Program-made: the position numbers and the translations under genes
The notes under the pieces: generated by a model
Told to the model about the DNA's origin: nothing
Seen by the model: the letters and a program-made list of their open reading frames with translations, nothing else
The model's database searches: none
In this document: piece by piece, positions 39,591 through 53,233 of the stretch
How the letters are laid out: every line of letters begins with the position of its first letter
Position numbering within the stretch: the first letter of the stretch is position 1
From: Octopus vulgaris
Lineage: Eukaryota
DNA length: 64,000 nt
Direction: 5' to 3'
NCBI GenBank assembly: GCA_951406725.2
Contig: OX597823.1
Location: 5,208,001-5,272,000, forward strand

Positions 39591-41288
39591 GCAGACATAT
39601 GTTCAAAAGCATCCCAGCCATGACTATCCAGTCATTTTTTATGACAGTAAATCCCAGACTACATCTCCAGTGATGGAATGGTGTTTTTTTACCCTTTTAA
39701 TACCAACCTATCTGAGACCACTCTTGGTTTTAAGATATAAATTTACTGTTTTAAAGTAATCTAAATTAGAACATTCCATCAGAGTCTCATGTTAATTTAT
39801 ATTCCCAACACCACTTTTCTAATGACTAAGTTATTTTACTAAGTTCTTTATTATTTTAAAAATCAATTGAAACTAAAGCAGTGTATTTGAATAGAAATAT
39901 AACAGACAGATTAACAATGTGTCTCTTGCATTTACTCTGCAATTTTGTTTATTATTGTTATAAAAGATTTTTTATGTTTGCATTGCTGTGTAAAGAAAGA
40001 AAGGAGATTTTTTATTTTTTTCTGTTAAAGATACACATTTTAGGAACGAACTAGTAGATATTGCAGGCCAACAAAGAAGCCACATAACAAGGAAGCCAAT
40101 GAGGGAGTCCTTATGTAGTCAACTGACCTTCTAAAAATAGTAGCTAAATCTTAGTCATATTGCACCCTACTGTCTTAAAATCTGAAGGAAACAATGTATA
40201 ATAGAGGCTGAGATAAACTGTGGATGAAAAGAAAGATGCGATGGTTTCAGCTGGAATGTCTTTGACCATATGACTGCTGGTCCAGAGCTGAGTCACACCT
40301 AAATATAACAACAGCTTGTAGATACCTCACACACTGGGCTTAAACATTTGCTCTCTGCCTGTAAATTACAGCTTTTTTTTTTCTTTCTTTACTATAATTC
40401 TGCTGTATTGATAATATAAGTTTTTCACAGTTGAAATCCTATAACGAAATATTTTCTTTCTTTACTTCCTAATATTTTCTCAATATAACACTAAATTGGC
40501 GGTGGTAGTCATGGTTAGGTTTCACAGTTGATGGCAAAGTGTATTTTTATTGGTAACCTTCTAAAGCCTTTTGTTCTCCAAAATATGGTATGTAAAGGTA
40601 ACTGATTACCTTTTGATACAAACCTGCTTGAAACTGACTCTGATTCTATGTTGCAAATTCTGTTTTAAAGTGATCTAAGTTAAGACATATTCAAATTCCA
40701 CATTAATTTATATTCCAAACACCAGCTTAATAATGAGTTATTTTACTAACTTCTTCAATATTTTCAAAATTCATTGAAACAAACAAAGTATATTTCAACA
40801 GGGTGAAGTGCTTACCCATTTGTTAGCAAACCCTGTGAGACAGCCCCTTCATTCTTTGATACAAACATTTTGCTTTAAAATTATCTTAACTAAAGCTTTC
40901 ATCAGAATTTCATGCTAATTTATGTTCCAAGCATCACCTTAATATTGACTGGCATTTTACTAAACTTTTTGTTATTTTCATAATTGATTAAAGCAAATGG
41001 ATTTTAATTCAACAGAAATATGAGAACAAAGGGGTTTAAATGGAAGAAACTCCACAGGTTCAATGTACAAGATCTGTTTTCATCTTCTCTGAGACCATGT
41101 TTCTATCACACAGCATTATGGCTGTTTGTAGTTCAGTTTTGATAATCCAAACTTGTTGCCTACAATATTCACTCTTTGGAATATTTTTTAATATGAATTG
41201 GAGGATTTGGTGGAGATTAATGGGATGCAGAAAAAGTGGATTTAAATGGAGCTTAAAAGTGACTTATAGCTCAACTCAGAGTTTGAGC

Positions 41289-41502
41289 TTATTCCTTTAG
41301 CATTTAAACTAACCATATCCTGCTCAAATATTTTATGTTCAAACTGGCCAGATCCAGCCTCTCACATCTACCCTAGAATATCATTCTAAAAATAAACAAT
41401 TACATCATTGAAATCTTGAAGCTATGAGATAATGCATGGCTAATTCAAAACAATATGAATAAATAAGCATTACATTTGACTGAGAAACCTGAATGCTAAA
41501 GC
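41289..41502 (+). mobile_element. piggyBac-type MITE family 2 copy
   Basis: ttattcctttagcatttaaac...ctgaatgctaaag; collinear with 56028-56254. Confidence 0.75.
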
Positions 41503-41611
41503 CACAATATATGCTGTTCAGATTTCCACTTGTACTCCTCGGATACCTTGACGGTCATTAAGATAATTACTTTGTTTCAGCATATGGTTTAACTGTCTTC
41601 CGTATATTTCT

Positions 41612-41824
41612 CTAACCTTTTAGCATTCAGATTATTCTCTCAATTGTAAAGCTTATATATTCCCATTGTTTTAAATTAATCATGCATTGTCTTGTAGCTT
41701 CAAGATTTCAATGATGTGATTGTTTATTTTTAGAATGGCATTGTAGGTTAGGTGTGACAAGCTGGATCTGGTTGGTTTGAACATAAAGCTCATAGAATAT
41801 TTGGTTTAAATGCTGAAGGGTTAA
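41612..41824 (-). mobile_element. piggyBac-type MITE family 2 copy (inverted)
   Basis: taaccttttagcattcaga...aatgctgaagggttaa is the reverse complement of the family sequence. Confidence 0.75.
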
Positions 41825-42834
41825 TTATGAAATAAATTATATTCTTTGTATTATTTTATCATACTCGTATTAGTTAACATTTATTTTATCTTATTGCCAG
41901 TAAAAGTAATTAAAAATGGAATTTAATTAAATTTTGACTTGTAACTGGGGGAAATGAACAACAAAACATTGTCTGAGACAGATTTCTCTGGTGTTCTAAT
42001 GCCTATCAATGTATGGAAGTAAGTCACCTTCAGCACATAATAAGCCATTTTTACTTCTGTTCAGGTTTATAAACAAAAATATTTCATTTTATGTGAGAAG
42101 CTTATCTCTGCTAAATCACTCTTGATATAAAAATACACACACGTGTATGTGTGTATGTGTATGTATATGCATATATATATATATGTATATCATATTTGTA
42201 ACGAATTCACACCATTAATGCCTGAAACTTCATTAATATTTTAAGGTGTTATGATCCACCTCCTCCTCTTCCCCCCTTTTTTTCTTGACCCCCCCCCCCC
42301 TCCGCTATAATTACTGTTGGAACGATTTTAGTTTTTTTAACTAGGAGAACAGAAGAGACTGGCACAGATGTTTAATGACTTAGTTGGGCCAGAAACGAGA
42401 CTTGAACATTGTGTAAAATAATAGTTGTTTTGTTATCCAACAGGGCAGAAACAAATTGAAGGAAAATAAATTAGATGTGTTTTGTAAAGTAATAGGATGT
42501 TAGTGGAGAAAACTTTGTCAAAACAATGCTCTACTTGTTCCTGTCATTTCCTCACAAAATTCTATATTTTAAAGTAAACAGGAGCAATAAGAGAGAAAAT
42601 AGAAGTGAAATTGTTGGCCAGTTTTATGTCAAATTTAGATTTTCAGAATAATCGTGATTCAGAGAGAAATAATTATCAATGATATAGATGCATGTTTGGC
42701 TGTGTGGGTAAGAAAATTGCTTTCCAACCACATGGTTTTGGGTTCAATTTTATGTTCACCAATGCCTTGTGTATAGCATTTGGTTGATGAAAATTGTTTG
42801 GAATCTTGTTGTATTCATATACATTCGCGAATGT

Positions 42835-42887
<53 letters not shown>

Positions 42888-44550
42888 TAGATATGTTTCG
42901 ACCAAAGATTGGTCCAGGCCATATATATTTATGTGAATGTTTATACATATAACTTTAATCCATTACTGAGCCTAGTAAAATCTATTTTCTTCACTGAAGG
43001 CCTTCATGTATGTGGGTGTGTGTGCATCACCTCCATGCTGGCAGGATGTAACAAGATCTGACAACTCATAACACTGTGTTATGCTCCAGTGTCTACTTTC
43101 ATATGGTTTCTACAGCTGGATGCCTGACCTAATGCCAACCACTTTTCACATTGAGCAGGCTGCTTTTCTCATGGCACTGTCATTAATATGTGCTTGTGCT
43201 GGTGTGTGTGTGTGTGTGTGTGTGCTTCTTTTGTAGTAATCTGTATGTAATGCAGTTGTCTTCAATTCAGAATCTTCAAATAGAGAATCCTTGAAATGTT
43301 TTATATATTTTCACTACCACTCATTGATTATATTTAGGGAGTGCAAATCATTTTCCTCTGTTCTTTTTTTAGAGGACCCTGACATTTAAACATTTTTCTC
43401 AAAATCTTATGTAGCTCGTTGCTGATAGGGCCATGGCTATGATAATAATTACAAATGAAAACTCTATAATCTGGATACAAGAATTGTAGGTTTCTCATTA
43501 GCTCTTCATTGCTGTTCAATGTATGGATATATGCAAGTATATAAATGATGTCAAACCAAATAATATTTTGAAATTATGTAATAAAAGTCCTCCTTGATAT
43601 AGGACTTTGCATTGCACAAAAGCAACTACACCATCTTTATTTGTTGAAATCTGGACTTCTCATGAGAGCTCTGGACATCTCAATAGCATGAGTACAGGTT
43701 CAAAGAGGAGATTTATATAGATGTAAAGGTGTGTGTGTGTGATCATCATTTTAACTTCCGTTTGTCCATGTCTGCATGAAGTAGACAAAGTTCACTGTGG
43801 CAGCTTTTGTATCACTGGGTGCCTCTTTCTGCTACTAAGCCCTCACCTTTTTTCAAGTAAGGTGATATTTTCCCAAGTATTTTATGAAACACAAACAACA
43901 TAATGACCAGATATGATTACACAGTAGACTGCTAATCAACATCACTGTTTGTATGATGGCAATGTGATGGTGTCCTTCTTTAACCACTAGCATGTAATGT
44001 CAAGACAAGACAAACACATATACACATACCCATTCACACACACACACACACATTTCTGACCACCAAAGTCAGCCACACTGCTTTGATTGACTCTAAGCTA
44101 GAGGAGAGGACACTGGTCCAAAGTACTGCAAAGTGATACTGAACTGAAGACCAGCTGGTTGCAAAGTGAGTTTCTTAACCACGTACCCAACCCTGTAGTT
44201 GTTATTTAATAATTGTTAATATTGTCTGCTTATCCATTTGTCCAAATAAAAAAAGGGTCAAAGCCCCTTAGTTTGTTATTAGAAACTGAGCCAAATACAG
44301 AGGTGAAGAGAACTGTAATGGAGGAAAATGCATTGGATGTAGAGATTGATAAGAGGAGGAGGTCAGGCTTAGGTATTTAGTGGATTTAGGACAGGAGTAG
44401 GTGTGTATACTTAGATGGATTGGAAGACATTCTTTGATGTGGTTTCTTTGGCTGGATGCCCTTCCTAACATGGACCACTCTTTAGGGTGTACTGGTGCTT
44501 TTTTATTTTCATGGAAAATGTAAAGGGTACATATGTATGCAGGAACATGC

Positions 44551-44601
<51 letters not shown>

Positions 44602-45769
44602 GTTGTGTGTATGTGGGCAGGTATAAATGTCATCAAAGGATTTAAAAGCAGTTAAAAGTAAAGGAAAACAGTGATTTCTAAAATATATTTCTTTGTGAGA
44701 AGATTTTTTTTCCCATTGAGTTACAGTCCTTGCATTGTTCCACCTTTCATCAGAAATACTGTGAACGAGTAATTGGCTTTTTTTAAATCTTGTAACTAAT
44801 GACAGACAGTTTGCCAGTGCAAGTAGAGAATGAAAAATAGCACAATTGCAAATTCATTGGTTTTTTTTTGGTTTTTTAAATATTTTCTTCTTTAAAATAC
44901 TCATTATTGAACATTTGCTATTCCCATAATTATAATAAAAATTGCCTTTTCTGCAATTTACTTACATTATTGCACATCTAGGTAGAAACTATTATAAAAA
45001 TGTAAAAACAAGTGTTTTTTTCTTCTTTTTCTTGGACATCTGTTGTTGGTTTCCAGTTAAGAAGAAAAGTTATGGTAGTGGCTTAGAGTGGAGATCTCGA
45101 GCCCTGTGTTGTATGACTCAATGTTTTAACAGTACTTCAGTAGCAAAATTACCAGCAATTCAAGGCTCTGGAACCCCGAAATGACTCAGAGCCTAATGTC
45201 TCCCCATGTCTTTCCTTCTGAAAATATTTTGACTACACCCAACAAATTCTGTATATCTATTTATGGGGATTATTTTTACTCTCACCAACTACAAATTTCT
45301 GTGAAATACTGATATGAAAATGTTAGTAGGCTATATCTGTATTAACTTAATATATATTGATATGCTACATGAATATACCACACCTGTATTAATTTAATAT
45401 ATATTAATATGCTACATTGATATTGTGTATTCTATCAAATAATATTAAAAATGCAGAATGAAGATCTATATACCTCTATTAATATATTCACAATATCTGA
45501 ATTTAATATCAAAAGTGTATAAATAAAAATATATGCTATATCAATACGTCAGCAAGCTGGCAGAATTGTTAGCATGATGGGTAAAATGCTTAGCAGTATT
45601 TCATCCGTATTTATCCCTTGGGTTCAAACCCCACCAAGATTGACTTTGCTTTTCATCCTTTTGGGGTCAACAAAATAAATACTCGTTGAGCATTGGGGCT
45701 GATATAATCAACACTCCCCCCTCCCCAGGCCTTATGCTAAAATTAATATATCCTATATCCTCTTCTGTA

Positions 45770-46110
45770 TTCTTAAACCAAAATGAGAATTGTATATCTC
45801 TTAATGTACAATATCTTTATTTGAAATCAAACCTTCATATATTTTTTCAAGATGCTGTATCTGTAATACAGTATATACTGTGTCCTTTGCTATATTCTTA
45901 AATATGGAAAATGAATGTAAATTGATGTACATTTATTAATATACTCAGAATATCTTCATTTAAAAACAAACCTTCATATTTTTTTTGTTTGCAATATCTG
46001 TATTAATACAGTATATATTAATATATTAATGTATCTTAAATATTAAAACAAGAATATGAAAATTGATGTACATCGTCACGTTATCAAATCAGACCTTCAT
46101 GTTTTTTGAG
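45770..46110. repeat. Degenerate AT-rich tandem repeat (about 125-140 bp period)
   Basis: caaaccttcatat..tttt..tatctgta..atacagtatata..cttaaatat..aaattgatgtacat occurs about 2.5 times. Confidence 0.55.
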
Positions 46111-46292
46111 ATGATACATTAAATGATTAAGAGTTAGTGAATACAAATATGAAGATTTTGTGAAAGTCTTCATGTTGCCTGGTTAAATTACTTTGTTTAC
46201 TACATGTTAATATGTTCCAAGGTGGTAGTATTTCTCCAAGAATCTTTAGCAAATGGTTGCTGAGAAAATTTTTTTACTTCAAAATCTTTTAC

Positions 46293-46832
46293 TACGATGT
46301 CCGATCAAGAAGTATCAGGACTGTTGCTATGGTAACAGAGCTGAAGTACTCAGGGTGAAGCTTACTTGGCACAGATTGACCTTCAAATCTGTTGTGTATG
46401 CTCACTAAGTTATAAAGTTCTTGCTCAGTTCTGTTGTTTATAGCAGTGCTCGGAGGTAAAGTGTGTAGAGCGTGGTCATCTGTGCCAAATCTCCTTGAAT
46501 GTGTCAAGGAAGAGGACATGGTCTTAATGAGAAAATGGTTTTAACAAGTGACAAATTGTGAGTCTATGGCTATGGCCCTGAAGCCAAGGCTCAGTCTTCA
46601 TAATGCAAGACACCAACAAGATTTTTAAGATGTTGAGGAAATCGAAATGCAGTGAGGCAGCTGCTTGCTATCCCTAAAAAGGAGTTCCAGGAATGTTTCT
46701 ATCAATGGAAATGACACTATATCAAGTGTGGGGCTTCAGAAGGGGACAACTTTGAAGAAAATTAAATACTGAATTGTGTTGCAGTTTTCTTTTTATTGCA
46801 CCAGTCCTCATACTTTTTGATCAATCTTTGCA
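46293..46832 (+). mobile_element. Internally deleted mariner derivative (second family)
   Basis: TIRs gatcaagaagtatcaggactg / cagtcctcatactttttgatc, TA at the left end. Retains the transposase C-terminus (QLLAIPKKEFQECFYQWK*HYIKCGASEGDNFEEN*). Confidence 0.8.
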
Positions 46833-48130
46833 AATGACCATTTTAATATCAAATTTTACGCACACACATACACACTGGTGACTGGACAAATGAAAGAAAA
46901 AGGCACTCAACACATTTAGTAAGTGTTACGTGTATTATTATCTAAAACAGTTTGATTTGGCTCCATGTGACTTAAAGTTTGTGGGCTTCTTGGAGAAACC
47001 CATCTTGTTCAGGCCTAGGTTACTGAATTTGGTAAATAGCTTAGTAACTGGTGGTTTAAGAGTACTATGGAGAAGCTGTGCTGAAGAAGTGACAATATTT
47101 AAGCCATTTTAATATCAACCCACCTAAGACCATCCTTGGTTTTCTGTTTTAAAGTGATTTAAATTAAAACTGTCCTTAAAAATTTCATGTTAATTTGTGT
47201 TCCAAATATCAGCTTAATAACAAAAAAAAATGTTAGTCTATGATATTCTTCATCTCTTTAAAAAATTGAACTGAAACAAAGGTTGAGTGATGCAGTTTTA
47301 TATTTCTGAGATGAGGAATTGTATTATGTATACTGTTTATGTGAGTCAAACTGGTGTCATCATCTTCATTGTTGCTTTCACTACATTTCAGCTATTGTAT
47401 GCTCCAGCCTTCTTCAGGTGTCTTGTGCTACACTCAGTTGTTGTATTGGAATTTTGACCCAGGCTGCACACTCTTCTCAGTCTACTCTTTGTGTTTTGTG
47501 GCATTTTTGCTTCAGTTGATTTTTTTTATGGAACGTACAAGAGGGAAAAGCAACAATCAAGATGACACCAGTCTGACTAATATAAACATAAGAGCAGAGT
47601 ATTTCTATAGAAATTTAGTACTGAAAAGGATAAGCAGACTTATATTCAAAGACATCCCAGCCATGACCATCCAGTCATTTTATAGTTAACCACAGTAAAT
47701 TCCAGACTACATCTTCCAGTGATGGTAGGGTGTGATTTAATCCTTTTCATATCAACCTACCTCAGACCACTTCTGGTTCTATGATGCAACCTTTTTGTTT
47801 GAGGTCTAAATTCAATTTCTTCCATTAAAATCTCATTTTAATTTATGTTCCAAACACCAAGTTAATCACAGAGTATTTGACGAAGCCTCTTCGTTATTTT
47901 CAAAATAGTAAAAACAGCAGCGTTATTCAAAAGAGTCGAGATATTCATTATGTGGTGGATGGTAGTGACTTGCTTATTCAACAGAATAATTATTCTCTAA
48001 TTAGATTAAGGTGGTTTAGGCTGGCGTGGCAAAAGGAATATTCGAAATACTGTTATCTTTTATTGCAGCGGTTTCTTTCTCTTAACAATTGTCTTTAAGA
48101 AGTCTCCATTTCTAAATGACTTTTTTCTAG

Positions 48131-48294
48131 GATATTCGTAAACATTTGAAAAAACAGAAACCTTCTGAAACAGTAGCACCACCAGTTCCTGTCGACCGCA
48201 TGTTCTATCCTAGCACTGGAAGCTACGACAGAGTTGGGAATGGAGCGGCCTGTGACTGTAGCAGGACACAAACAGGTATCAACACGGCTAACAG
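48131..48294 (+). CDS. Sulf1: SULF-like exon E
   Basis: Acceptor ttttctag|, donor |gtgagc; phase 0 in, phase 2 out. Encodes DIRKHLKKQKPSETVAPPVPVDRMFYPSTGSYDRVGNGAACDCSRTQTGINTAN; continues KNLK|DIRKHLK (Sulf: KNLREVRGHLK) and has the CDC motif. Confidence 0.9.
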
Positions 48295-48429
48295 GTGAGC
48301 ATGTCTTAGCTTGATTAACTGACAGCAATGGTTGCATGATGGACTACATAGAGGTGTGTGTGTGAAATTGAGTAATACTGATATATATATATATATGTAA
48401 TAACACACATATATGCATTATATATATCT

Positions 48430-49330
48430 CATATGTTAAATAGCAATCTTAGTGTGTAGATAGTCAGGAATTCCTATATGAACACATCCAAAGAACCTAA
48501 TTCAGTGTAAGATATTTGGTCAAGTGTAGTAGAAGCTGTTGCCACTTTCTCTTCAGGTCGTCTTTAATTAATTATTCCTCAGGATGACCGGCAGTAAGTA
48601 GCAAAGGTTCAGTGAAAAAAAACCCTCTTCATTTGTATGAATTTGTTTGAAAGGGGCAGTAATCCGGCAGTATTAGATGTAAGTTTTGCCCCCTGGATTG
48701 TCAGCAATTATTCAGGTTAAAAGAAATTTTAATTAAGGAAAGTAATTTTAAGCATGTATATGCTTTGTTGTGGTAAATTATTCAAATCATTTGTTGGTGT
48801 GTAGGTTGTTGCAAGTGGTTGGGATGGTTATGTAGATTTTTTATCAACATCTTTACAGGCATCTCCATGTATAAAGGTGTTGCTATGTGCATTGCATATA
48901 TTTTGTGGGAATAGTGAAGTGTAAATTGTCAGTTCTTTTAATGGAGAGAGAAAGAAAGTAGTTTGATTAACTGACATGGTGATTTGTGCAGTTGTTAGCT
49001 TGGTTTAGATATCTTCCAGTTGGACAGGAAAAATTTGTCTTTATTGGTTCATTTGGTGAATATCTCTTTTCTAGAATTTACTTAGCTCTTGTGGTCCTTC
49101 ATCTTTGTTCTGTGTATGGTATTTACATAAACTCCATTTTTTGATCCATTCATGGATGCTATAATTGATATTGCCTCTCAGTTTCCTACATTTCTACATG
49201 GAGAATCTGGAAGATTGATCTCAAAATGTTGATCCTCACTGTGGAGTTGACAAAGACAGAGATAACTGGCATTTCATTATGTTTGATAACATTTGTCCAT
49301 GATGGCAAAAGTGAGGCCTTAAAAGTATTA
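48430..49330 (-). mobile_element. Highly degenerate retroelement RT remnant (possibly Penelope-like)
   Basis: Only faint echoes on the minus strand (LHFTIP, compare LYTNIP; NN..QGKTY..GLLP, compare NxFxFxGxxYxQxxGLPMG). Confidence 0.3.
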
Positions 49331-50765
49331 GGTTTAGGTCTATAGTCTCACTATGTTCCCCTTCTCTCATCTTCCTGTATCCATCGCTCTGTTATGCTTC
49401 TAACAATGACTCGCTTCAACTGCTGTGATCAAATGAAAGCAGAATCTACACATATCCCCCACCCCCGGGGGGCACTACTAGTTACCTTCCCATCCTGACA
49501 TTTATTTCTGGTAACTCCTCTGCCCTTGTACATCATTCAGTGCATTCACCTCTACCCCCAACTGTAACCAAACCACCTGCCACTCTCTTCTCACACTGTT
49601 ATGAACTTATCTCTCCTTACCTTCCTATCTTCAATCTATATTCTCTCTTATACACATCTTCTTGTACATTGAGAGTATGCTCTGACATCTTATCACCAAC
49701 ATTATTATCGTCTCAGCCACTCCCATCCATTCCTCTATAATGCAAGGTAGCCATGTATTTCTTCCATATTAAGACACCTGTGCCCGTCCTCCTAATTTAC
49801 TTTAGCTGCTCAACACCAGGCATAATGCCGCCTCACCTAGTGTAGTCATTAAAAATTTGTAAACGCATTTCTGAATTGCTGCATTGCTGCACACATGGCA
49901 ACAATAATTGCATGTCTTTTCATTTCTTGCATTAGCATTTTATCTGCCATGAGGGATCTGAAAGAAATACAAGCCTTTTGATTAGTTTGAAGAGGGTAAT
50001 ACAATGATAATTGTGTCCTCAAATACCCCCAAACTCTCTATGTTTATAAAAGCTTTTTTCCATTTGTTTTTACACCCATTTTTTCATGATTGCATCAGTT
50101 GGATGAATATGTTACATGAAGTATTGTTTACAGCTGGATGCCTTTCTTGTTGCTAACCTTTACCTATTTTTCAAGTGTTAGCAACTCCTTTTCCATACAG
50201 CTTCAAATGCACAAAGTGACTTGGTGATTTGTTCAAAGAAACCAACAACAACACTGCCTGCTGTGTATTTATGCGAGTGATTGCAGATGTAAACAAGTAG
50301 ATGACACACGTACATGTACACACACACACACACACACACACACCAGTCATCCAATTTCCATCTAGCAAATTTGCATTCAAAGTTTTGTTCAACTAGGAGC
50401 TATTAAAGAGACTTACCCAATTTGGGACTGAACTTGTGGCCATGCTGTGACACAGCTATGTATGTATTTGTGTGTGTATGATGAACTATATAAAAAAAAT
50501 ATATGTGCATCTGAAAAACTCTGTGAATATGATCTTTACAAAATACATTAATAAAATTTTTACAGCAACTCATGTTTCATGACTGAACAAAACTTTATAC
50601 ATTTGTGAGTCATAAAGATTGTTTTCATCATCAGCATTTATCATTCTGCAAAGATATGACACTAGTTTTATATATATATATAATGCATAGTCTTTTACAT
50701 ATTATGTATATGTGAGTGAAGGAAGAGAGAGAATTATACATTAATACATATTGTGCTATTTTCAG

Positions 50766-50980
50766 GAAGTTAACTACACCAAAATTTAACACTTTGTTTA
50801 GTACAAATCAACCAATTCTACCATGGAAGCGTCCACGGTATCGCAAGAAGATATTGAAGCGTAAATTTAAGCGTAAGTTTAAGCGTAACCGGAAAGACAG
50901 TAAACATGAATGCCGTGTTCCGAACATGAAATGTTTTACACATGACAACGATCACTGGAAAACCCCACCTTACTGGAACT
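50766..50980 (+). CDS. Sulf1: SULF-like exon F: polybasic end of hydrophilic domain and start of C-terminal region
   Basis: Acceptor ttttcag|, donor |gtaagt. Encodes [72 protein letters not shown]. CxxPxxxCFTHDNxHWxTxPxW is a hallmark Sulf motif. Confidence 0.95.
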
Positions 50981-51635
50981 GTAAGTTTCCTTTTACTTCT
51001 ATACAATCACAACTTGTCATCTCTTGACTATTGCATGCAACCCTAAATTCAGAAGGTATTTATGTCTTTTCCCTAAATATTAAGAAACATTTCAGATACA
51101 CATTGGCATTTCATAAAGTTGAAGAGAATGCTGAATTGTATTTAATATGAAACTGTGTGCATTTCTTATTTATTTATTTCACTATTTCTAGGAAATGAAC
51201 TAAACTACTTTGAACCAAATATGTTTCTTCTTTCTGTTGTCTTTGTTATTGTTGAGCTAGTCCTGTTTGATGTATAGTGGTATAAGAATATATCGTCTAA
51301 ATGGTCAATTACGATTATGTTAATTTTATTTATAAGTTTGTTGTAATAGCTGACGTGAAAATCTTTGAACTAATTTTGTATCTATTTGGATATCTAAGTT
51401 AAGGTAGTTTATACACATACACACCCATATATATTAATCTAAATTGAAGGCTTTTAAAATATATATTGATAAACATCAATATATATATATATATATAGTA
51501 TAGGACATACAATGGAGTCAACAAAATGAAGCCTGTTTATATTAATTTCATAAGTTCTGCTGATTTTATTGTGATACTGGATAGAATTTTCAGTGATATT
51601 CCATAGCTTCTCTCCACCACCCCTCTCTTTTCCTG

Positions 51636-51677
<42 letters not shown>

Positions 51678-52432
51678 GGCACAAATACTTACACATAATC
51701 TCACTTGTATACATCAGAGACATAACAGGTTCAGTTGATAGCATGCTGGTCAGTCACCCAAAGGATCCAGAGTTCATGTTCTACTGTTGATACTGTGCTA
51801 CAGACTTTTTTCTTTCTCATCAATAACCCTGGGCTATAATTTTGGTGGAACCCATCCTCGCCCATATTTCTAATCCTTATTGTTAAGGTAAACCCCAGTG
51901 CTACTCTTCTTCTAAGAATTTGGGAAAATTTGTGAAATAGTGTTTTGCAATTGGAGTGCTTCTTGAAACCACAGTGAACTAATATGAAATACTTCCTTAT
52001 TTTCAAATCTGACTGCAACAGAAGCAGTATATTTTATCAGGAACATACTAACAAAAGTGTTAAGTAGATTATGTTTAAAGGCATCCCAGCCATGACCATC
52101 CAATCATTTTTGTATTTAATCACAATAAATACCAGATTACATTATCCAGTGATTTGACCGTTTTGATGCCAGCCTACCTGTTAATTTTAATAATGGCAAA
52201 GTAATTTTACCAAATTCTTCGTTATTTTAAAACTTAATTCAAAGAAAGGCAATCTACTTTACCAGAAATATGGTAGTAAAAGGGTTAAATATCAAATATC
52301 CAGTTATACTTTAATTGCTTAGCAAACACCAAGTTCACATTTTAAATAGTTACCGAGCATCATCCAGTTAGACATCAAATAGCTTACAAAAACATCTAAT
52401 TCTTAACAAGTTTCCAAAAATCCAGAAATGCC

Positions 52433-52627
52433 TTGACCCTTTTGTTTCAGTTAACCTTGAAGATAATCAAGAATTTTAGTAAAATAACTTTGTCACATTT
52501 AAGGTGGTGTTTGGAACATAAATTAACATGAAATTATGATGGAAAGTTTTAATTAAGATCACTCTAAGACAAGTTTATATCATAGAACCAGGAGTGGTCT
52601 CAGGTGGGTTAGTATCAAAAGGGTTAA
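52433..52627 (-). mobile_element. piggyBac-type MITE family 1 copy
   Basis: ttgaccctttt ... aaaagggttaa, core reversed; a + copy sits at 52155-52288. Confidence 0.75.
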
Positions 52628-53184
52628 AAACTTGGATTAAACATATTTTTGAAAATACTTAGGTTGACTACATTTAGTAGAATAGGCTTCCAAATGTTTT
52701 TTTTTTGTGTGAAGATATAAAAAGAAAATTGAAAGAAACATTTAAAATGTTAATTTGTAATACTTGAAAAAAAAAATGTCTAACTTTTTTGTTAGAATAT
52801 TTCTAACTTACACTTCTTTTTAGAATAGAGAATTTCAATGAAATAACTTAGTCGTTATTAAACGTATGCGTGGGTACAGCTGCATGGTAAGAAGCACATG
52901 GTGCTGTGTTCAGTGACACTGTGTGACTCTATGGGGCAGGTGTCTTCTACTGTAGCTCTGGACTTACCAAAGCCTTGTGAGTGGATTTGGTAGACCAAAA
53001 CTGAAAGAAGCCTGTTGTGTGTGTGTGTGTGTCCAAAATTGGGGAATGGAGTAGATAAAATCCTGCAGGCTGCATAAGTTTCTATATTACATATATGTTC
53101 TACGAACTGCTTGATCCTTGGATCTTACCTTTACATACACACACACACATATATATATATAGGCAAACCTTTCACACCCATTAC

Positions 53185-53233
<49 letters not shown>

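Noticed and set aside
42345-42420. Exon-like segment EQKRLAQMFNDLVGPETRLEHC
   Set aside because: The open frame needs phase 1, but this intron is phase 0, where a stop follows; exons D and E already join seamlessly (KNLK|DIRKHLK).
48276-48281. Alternative donor (ag|gtatca) inside exon E
   Set aside because: Gives phase 1, incompatible with the phase-2 acceptor of exon F; the gtgagc donor at 48295 keeps the frame.
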